Shown here: piece after piece, positions 21,319 through 27,051 of the stretch
How positions within the stretch are numbered: position 1 is the first letter of the stretch
How the letters are laid out: each line of letters begins with the position of its first letter
Assembly (NCBI RefSeq): GCF_006345805.1
Contig: NW_021836015.1
Coordinates: 1 to 27,051 of the forward strand
Source of the DNA: Octopus sinensis
Taxonomy: Eukaryota
Direction of reading: 5' to 3'
DNA length: 27,051 bases
Notes under the pieces: generated by a model
Told to the model about the DNA's origin: nothing
Seen by the model: only the letters and a program-made list of their open reading frames with translations
The model's database searches: none
Position numbers and translations under genes: made by a program

Positions 21319-22197
21319 ACAGTTTTTTATAATAATAATAATAATAATATGATGATGATGACATAAGGATGACAACCATAATAATAATAATAATCATTAT
21401 TAATATAAAAGTGAAAGTGTTCTTTAAGTTAAATATAATTACATATAACACATATTTACTGATTTATCCTGTCATTTTTTATGGTGTTTTATTAGTTTAA
21501 TCACTGGTTTTGTTCAATGTTGTGCTGTGCTTACAAGTGAAATAAGATATGGAGATATGAGTGGTTGCATTCTATCAACGATTTCAAGGTCATTTTATCA
21601 TCGTATCTGTGCGTGGTAATATCATTTAAAAGGTTTCGTTCCGATTTCTTATAAGTGCTGGCTATAGAATTAGATAAGAATATGTGATATAGAGTTTCGC
21701 TAATTTTATTCACTTTCTTGTATTAGCTGAATCTACGAAGATTGTATGCTTCGTTTTGTTTTGTTCTTTTTCCACATCGGTAATTTTGGTTTCAAATTCC
21801 TGAGAAAGTTATTGTTAAATTTTATGAATTTGACGTTCCTAATTAACAAAAAAAAAAAAAATCCTTTCTTCAAAAGGTTGGAGTATTTATTAAAAAGGTG
21901 GGGCATTTCGCGTAGGTGGTATCTATGTATGTTTAAAATATTGTTCTTGTAGGTATAATTGTCAAACAAGAATGAGAATCAAGTTAGAATTTTCATAATA
22001 AATTGATTGGCATGAAACACTGAAGCTGAAATAAAATATTTCAGAGACAGAATGTCAACAATCTTGGTAAAATTGCCACACACGCACACTCTCACACACT
22101 CATGCACACACAAAAATGTGTATATATATATATATATATATATGGGCTCAGTGTGAGCAATCATCTGAAAGTTTTTTGTGCATTTTGATCTTGACAT

Positions 22198-22302
22198 AAG
22201 TTCCTTGCTTTTCCTGATGAGAAAGCGGCATAATGCACCCCTTATTCCTTCGCAATTAGGAATATGCAGTCTTCGAAACATATGTCGAAAATAAAGGAAT
22301 TT
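22198..22302 (+). ncRNA. Type I hammerhead ribozyme, canonical core
   Basis: Helix I TTTTC/GAAAA plus TTCCTT/AAGGAA; CTGATGA 22214-20; helix II closed G22221-C22274 (GAA/TTC, GCATA/TATGC); GAAA 22275-78; helix III ACATATGT palindrome; GTC with cut after 22286. Confidence 0.85.
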
Positions 22303-22492
22303 TGTTAATTCGTCGTTCAGCTCCATTTTTTCATATATTTATATTTTCAAAATAAACATACAAATTTCCACACGAAAGCACGTAATCTATGCCCTAGGCA
22401 CGTAACCTCAACCGTGTTTTTTTTATGTGAATTTGCTACCCAGGTATCGGTTAATTCGAATTATCCTTAATAAGATAATTCATTCAACTACT

Positions 22493-22534
<42 letters not shown>

Positions 22535-22899
22535 TATGTGTGTGTGTTTGTGTGCATGTCATTTATTTAGGATGATCTGGGTCAGTTTAAAACTGATACA
22601 CACAGCTCTAGTATTGAGTACTTCCAGTACAGTTATCCTCTTCGTTATAACAGCCGTATATGTACAAGTATGCATTCACATATATCTATGTGTGTGTATG
22701 ATGCCTTAACCTCCTACACTTCGGACTTACTACTGCCTGAACTTTCTGCACATCTCATCTACATACCAGCAATCCACTGAGATTATCATTTGATTTACTA
22801 ATGGATTCCACTGGACTTTTCCGTTGATTAAAAATCGATCCAATACACCACGGCGTTTGAACCTTTCTGGACTATTTTGAATTTACTGTTTTTTCTTAC

Positions 22900-23046
22900 T
22901 CTATTTATTTTCGTGTGTTCCTTTCCGTTGAAGAGCGTATGCTCGAAACATAAAAGACTTTCTCACTTTCCAGAGCGTCAAACTAATATACCCGCTTGTT
23001 GTTCATACACCTACCTTCGTCTTTTGTTTTTCTAAAAATTTCAACT
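22900..23046 (+). mobile_element. Possible Penelope-like element terminus with minimal hammerhead-like motif
   Basis: TTGAAGA-G-CGTATGCT-C-GAAAC at 22928-49, pyrimidine-rich flanks, ends at (TA)n. Helix III and cleavage triplet are not intact. Confidence 0.35.
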
Positions 23047-23186
23047 ATATTATATATATATATATATATATACACACTCACGTCAAGCAAACATATAAAC
23101 AAACCTACATATACATGAATATATAAAGGGATATATGTAAATATATTTTGTAATATGATATATATATTATAAATATACATACATAC

Positions 23187-23582
23187 TCTTTTACTCTTTT
23201 GCTTGTTTCAGTCATTTGACTGCGGCCATGCTGGAGCACCGCCTTTAGTCGAGCAAATCGACCCCGGGACCTATTCTTTGTAAGCCCGGTACTTATCCTA
23301 TCGGTCTCTTTTGCCGAACCGCTAAGTTACGGGGACGTAACCACACCAGCATCAGTTGTCAAGCAATGCTAGGGGGACAAACACAGACACACAAACACAC
23401 ACACACATATATATATACACATATATACGACAGGCTTCTTTCAGTTTCCGTCTACTCACAAGGCTTTGGTCGGCCCGAGGTTATAGCAGAAGACACTTGC
23501 CCAAGATGCCACGCAGTGGGACTGAACCCGGAACCATGTGGTTGGTTAGCAAGCTACTTACCACACAGCCACTCCCGCGCCT
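23187..23582 (-). mobile_element. SINE family 2, full length
   Basis: Head AGGCGCGGGAGTGGCTGTGTGGTAAG, core, internal (TG)n, tail GGTGCTCCAGCATGGCCGCAGTCAAATGACTGAAACAAGC(AAAAGAGT)n. Confidence 0.93.
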
Positions 23583-23644
23583 ATACATACATATATATAT
23601 ATTACTTATATGTATATATTATAACTATATATATACTATATATA

Positions 23645-23682
<38 letters not shown>

Positions 23683-23830
23683 TACATATGTAGTATATAT
23701 ATAATATATATGTATATATAATATAACATATATGTGTATATATATATATATATATGCTAATAATATATATATATCATACATATGTAGTATATATATAATA
23801 TATATGTATATATAATATAACATATATGTG

Positions 23831-23874
<44 letters not shown>

Positions 23875-23959
23875 ATATCAACATATGTAGTATATATATA
23901 ATATATATGTATATATAATATAACATATATAATATAACTATATATGTGTATATATATAG

Positions 23960-23994
<35 letters not shown>

Positions 23995-24275
23995 TGCATA
24001 AATACATACACAAGCACAAGTAATATCGAATGGCGAACGTACAAACTGCAGCGATAAAAATGTCACCATGATGAATATCGTTGAGCTGTCTCTGGAGAAG
24101 CTAAAGAAGTCCCAAAAACGTCATCGATGCAGTTCAATACGTAGAACTGATAAGTTATCAGCATTTTACCATTCTACTGAGAATCTGTGGTCAGTTTAGT
24201 TATCTCGCTGGCGCATTCGAACTCTTATCTCAATGTGTCTTTCCTTCTCTACACACACACACATACACACACACA

Positions 24276-24314
<39 letters not shown>

Positions 24315-24612
24315 CACACACACAAAGAGAAGGAGAGAGAGAGAGAGAGAGTGGGAGTAAAAAATATTCACATAAATAACACGAGTAAAATTTGAGAAAA
24401 AAATTAAGAAACAAACAAGCAAAAGTATACAAGAACCACTTGAGTGAGAAAAGCGAAAAGTTGTGTCTGAGAAAAGTGGAAACCATTTTGGGAAGACTGA
24501 AGGATATATATATATATATATATACATACATACATACATACATACATACGTACATAATATATATATATATATATATAATATATATATATATATATACATA
24601 CATACATAAATG

Positions 24613-24654
<42 letters not shown>

Positions 24655-25155
24655 CATAAATAATGCATACATATATATATATATATATATATACATACAT
24701 ACATAAATGCATACATATATATATATAATATATATTATATACATACATATAGGTACGTACATATATGTTTATATATATGCATATGTTTTATTTCATTTAT
24801 TAATATATATATATATATACATACATACATATGCATACACGCACGCACGCATATATATATACACACACATACACGCTTAAATATATACATGCACACTATA
24901 TACAAATACACACTCACACATATATATTTATCTACACACATGTATACATACACGTTCACACATATACACACTCAACACACACACACACTACACACATACA
25001 TATATATATACATACATACACATGCATTCAAAGACATACACAGGCACACACATACACACTTATACATAAACACACATACATGTATTCCTGAGTGCACACA
25101 CCTACACACATATATTCGCGAGTGCACACACCCACACATATATACGCACGTGCAT
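23583..25155. repeat. Microsatellite field: (TA)n, (CA)n, (GA)n, (TACA)n with short unique spacers
   Basis: Direct reading. Confidence 0.85.
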
Positions 25156-25336
25156 TAAAATACAAATGGGCGATTATGGGTTCACACCATTGTTGTGAAC
25201 TCTCGTAATGCGACCGAGATACTCAAACTTGCAAGACTCAAACAGCCTTTATCCAAAGTTTAATCTGTGTGAATCACTACATGGAGATTTGCGCTCTCGG
25301 AGCTTGCAGATAAAGAAATCAACGGTGTGGGTGTGC

Positions 25337-25337
<1 letters not shown>

Positions 25338-25396
<59 letters not shown>

Positions 25397-25405
25397 GAGA
25401 GAGAG
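25338..25405. repeat. (GA)n microsatellite
   Basis: Direct reading. Confidence 0.95.
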
Positions 25406-25650
25406 TATATGCATAAGGCAGATGTAGGACAAAATAATGCTGCCAGATCGAAACTTTTCACTCCATACATGGAAATATCTCCAGCAGGCTAGACCGAGAA
25501 CAGAGAAGAATGTATGTCAATAAAAAACCAGCCAGCGTCTTAGATTTCCTGATAATCTAATGCTGATAAGAGACTGTTTAGAAGAGGCTGAGAGAAGGCT
25601 GAAAGAATTATGGAGCTGAAGCAAAAACCTTCCGAGTGGTTATGCTTTTC

Positions 25651-26263
25651 TTTTCTACTTTAGGCACAAGGTGGTAAATTTGGAGGGAGGGGGCCTGTCG
25701 ATTACATCGACCCCAGTACTTAACTGGTACTTAATCTATCGAGCCCGAAAAGATGAAAAGCAAAGTTGACCTCGGCGGAATTTGAACTCAGAACTTAAAG
25801 ACAGACGAAATACTGCCAAGCATTTCACCCGGCGTGCTAACGTTTCTTATTTCTTTATTGCCACAAGGGGCTAAACATAGAGGGAACAAACAAGGAGAGA
25901 TAAAGGGATTAAGTTGATTACATCGACCCCAGTGTGTAACTGGTACTTAATTTATCGACCCCGAAAGGATGAAAGGCAAAGTCGACCTCGGCGGATTTTG
26001 AACTCAGAACATAAAAACAGACGAAATACCTATTTCTTTACTACCCACAAAGGGCTAAACACAGAGGGGACAAACAAGGACAGACACACAGATTAAATCG
26101 ATTACATCGACCCCAGTGCGTAACTGGTACTTATTTAATCGACCCCGAAAGGATGAAAGGCAAAGTCGACCTCGGCGGAATTTGAACTCAGAACATAACG
26201 GCAGACGAAATACGGCTACGCATTTCGCCCGGCGTGCTAACGTTTCTGCCAGTTCGCCGCCTT
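25651..26263 (-). mobile_element. SINE family 1 trimer (head, tail A, tail A, tail B)
   Basis: Three body units, head at 26263, junctions near 26030 and 25848, tail B at 25651. Confidence 0.9.
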
Positions 26264-26281
26264 AAATTTTGTAATATATTC

Positions 26282-26340
26282 TTTTCTAATCTAGGCACAA
26301 GGGCATAAATTTTTGGGGAGGGGGGGGGCAGTCGATTACA
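26282..26340 (-). mobile_element. SINE family 1 tail B fragment
   Basis: CTTTTCTAATCTAGGCACAAGG...GGGGCAGTCGATTACA. Confidence 0.65.
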
Positions 26341-26384
26341 GATTGTATTTGTAATGTGCGAGTTAGCTGGTTGATTATATATAT

Positions 26385-26600
26385 GTGTGTGTATGTGTGT
26401 GCCTTTGTTCTTCCATCACTGCTTGACAACGTTCTAAGTTTGTTTACATCCCTGTAACATAGCGGTTCGGCAAAAGAAACTGATAGAATAAAGACGCCAT
26501 TTGAAAAAAAAAAATAATAAATACTGGAGTCGATTCCTTCGACTGAAATTATTCAAGGTGGTGCTCCAGCATGGCCGCACTCTAATGACTGAAACAAGTA
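26385..26600 (+). mobile_element. SINE family 2 3' half
   Basis: GCTTGACAAC...GTTTACATCCCTGTAACATAGCGGTTCGGCAAAAG...GGTGCTCCAGCATGGCCGC...ATGACTGAAACAAGTA. Confidence 0.85.
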
Positions 26601-26646
26601 CAATATAAAAGATATAAGTTGGTCCTTAACAGAGACTGGAAGTAAA

Positions 26647-26946
26647 TGGCGGCGTGCCAACACGAAACGGAATGATCAATGCTAGATATAACACATAATG
26701 ACACACAGACAGACAAATGAGTAAGAGAACGAACGAAGGTGGACGATACTCTGACCATTACCAAAAATAGAAAATGGACGTGGGCAGAACGCATTATCAG
26801 AATGACAGATTACCCTTATACCAGAAATCTAGAATGACTATCAATGATTAGAAAGACTATGATAGCAAGACCATGAAAAGGATGGCATGACAAGATCAAC
26901 GATTACTGAACCACCACCAACTGGCAACATCATACAGATAGACTCA
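26647..26946 (+). mobile_element. RTE-clade LINE C-terminal remnant (different family)
   Basis: One frame E*SMLDITHNDTQTDK*VRERTKVDD...NRKWTWAERIIRMTD...LE*...ARP*KGWHDKINDY*TTTNWQ, matching the RTE pattern ERSML..W.R.RTKV.D..KW.WAGH..R.GRP..RW.D. Confidence 0.75.
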
Positions 26947-27051
26947 CACTCACACACACAACACACTCACACACCACCAACACACACTCACACACACACA
27001 CACACACACTCACACACACACACTCACACACACACACACACACACTCACAC
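26943..27051. repeat. (CA)n microsatellite
   Basis: Direct reading. Confidence 0.95.

Noticed and set aside
21480-21970. Minus-strand Asn/Lys/Phe-rich ORFs, possibly an ancient retroelement
   Set aside because: No recognisable motif and composition is explained by AT richness. A tBLASTn or HMM search would be needed.

Overview
AT-rich, microsatellite-saturated eukaryotic non-coding DNA. Its SINE and LINE content resembles an Octopus (cephalopod) genome; this is an inference from recalled repeat families, not a database hit. I cannot support any host protein-coding exon, and nearly every ORF in the supplied track is a translation of (TA)n/(CA)n/(CAC)n repeats or of decayed transposons. The window holds three tRNA-derived SINE families (one as concatemers), a CR1/L2-group LINE 3' fragment whose tail matches one SINE, four RTE LINE remnants from apparently three families, two R4/Dong-type RLE retroelement 3' ends sitting in (TAA)n, two mariner remnants, a MITE and a ~1.25 kb tandem duplication. 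The most notable signal is a cluster of type I hammerhead-ribozyme motifs on the + strand. Core-intact ones are at 22214, 2264/3519 and 2633/3890; degenerate ones are at 19355, 20046, 22928 and 7199. They lie in sequence-unrelated 200-350 bp modules, mostly between (TA)n tracts, and most have long helix II and palindromic helix III. Some sit in head-to-head inverted pairs. This fits Penelope-like element termini or retrozyme-like units. All folds were made by eye and none has been tested.
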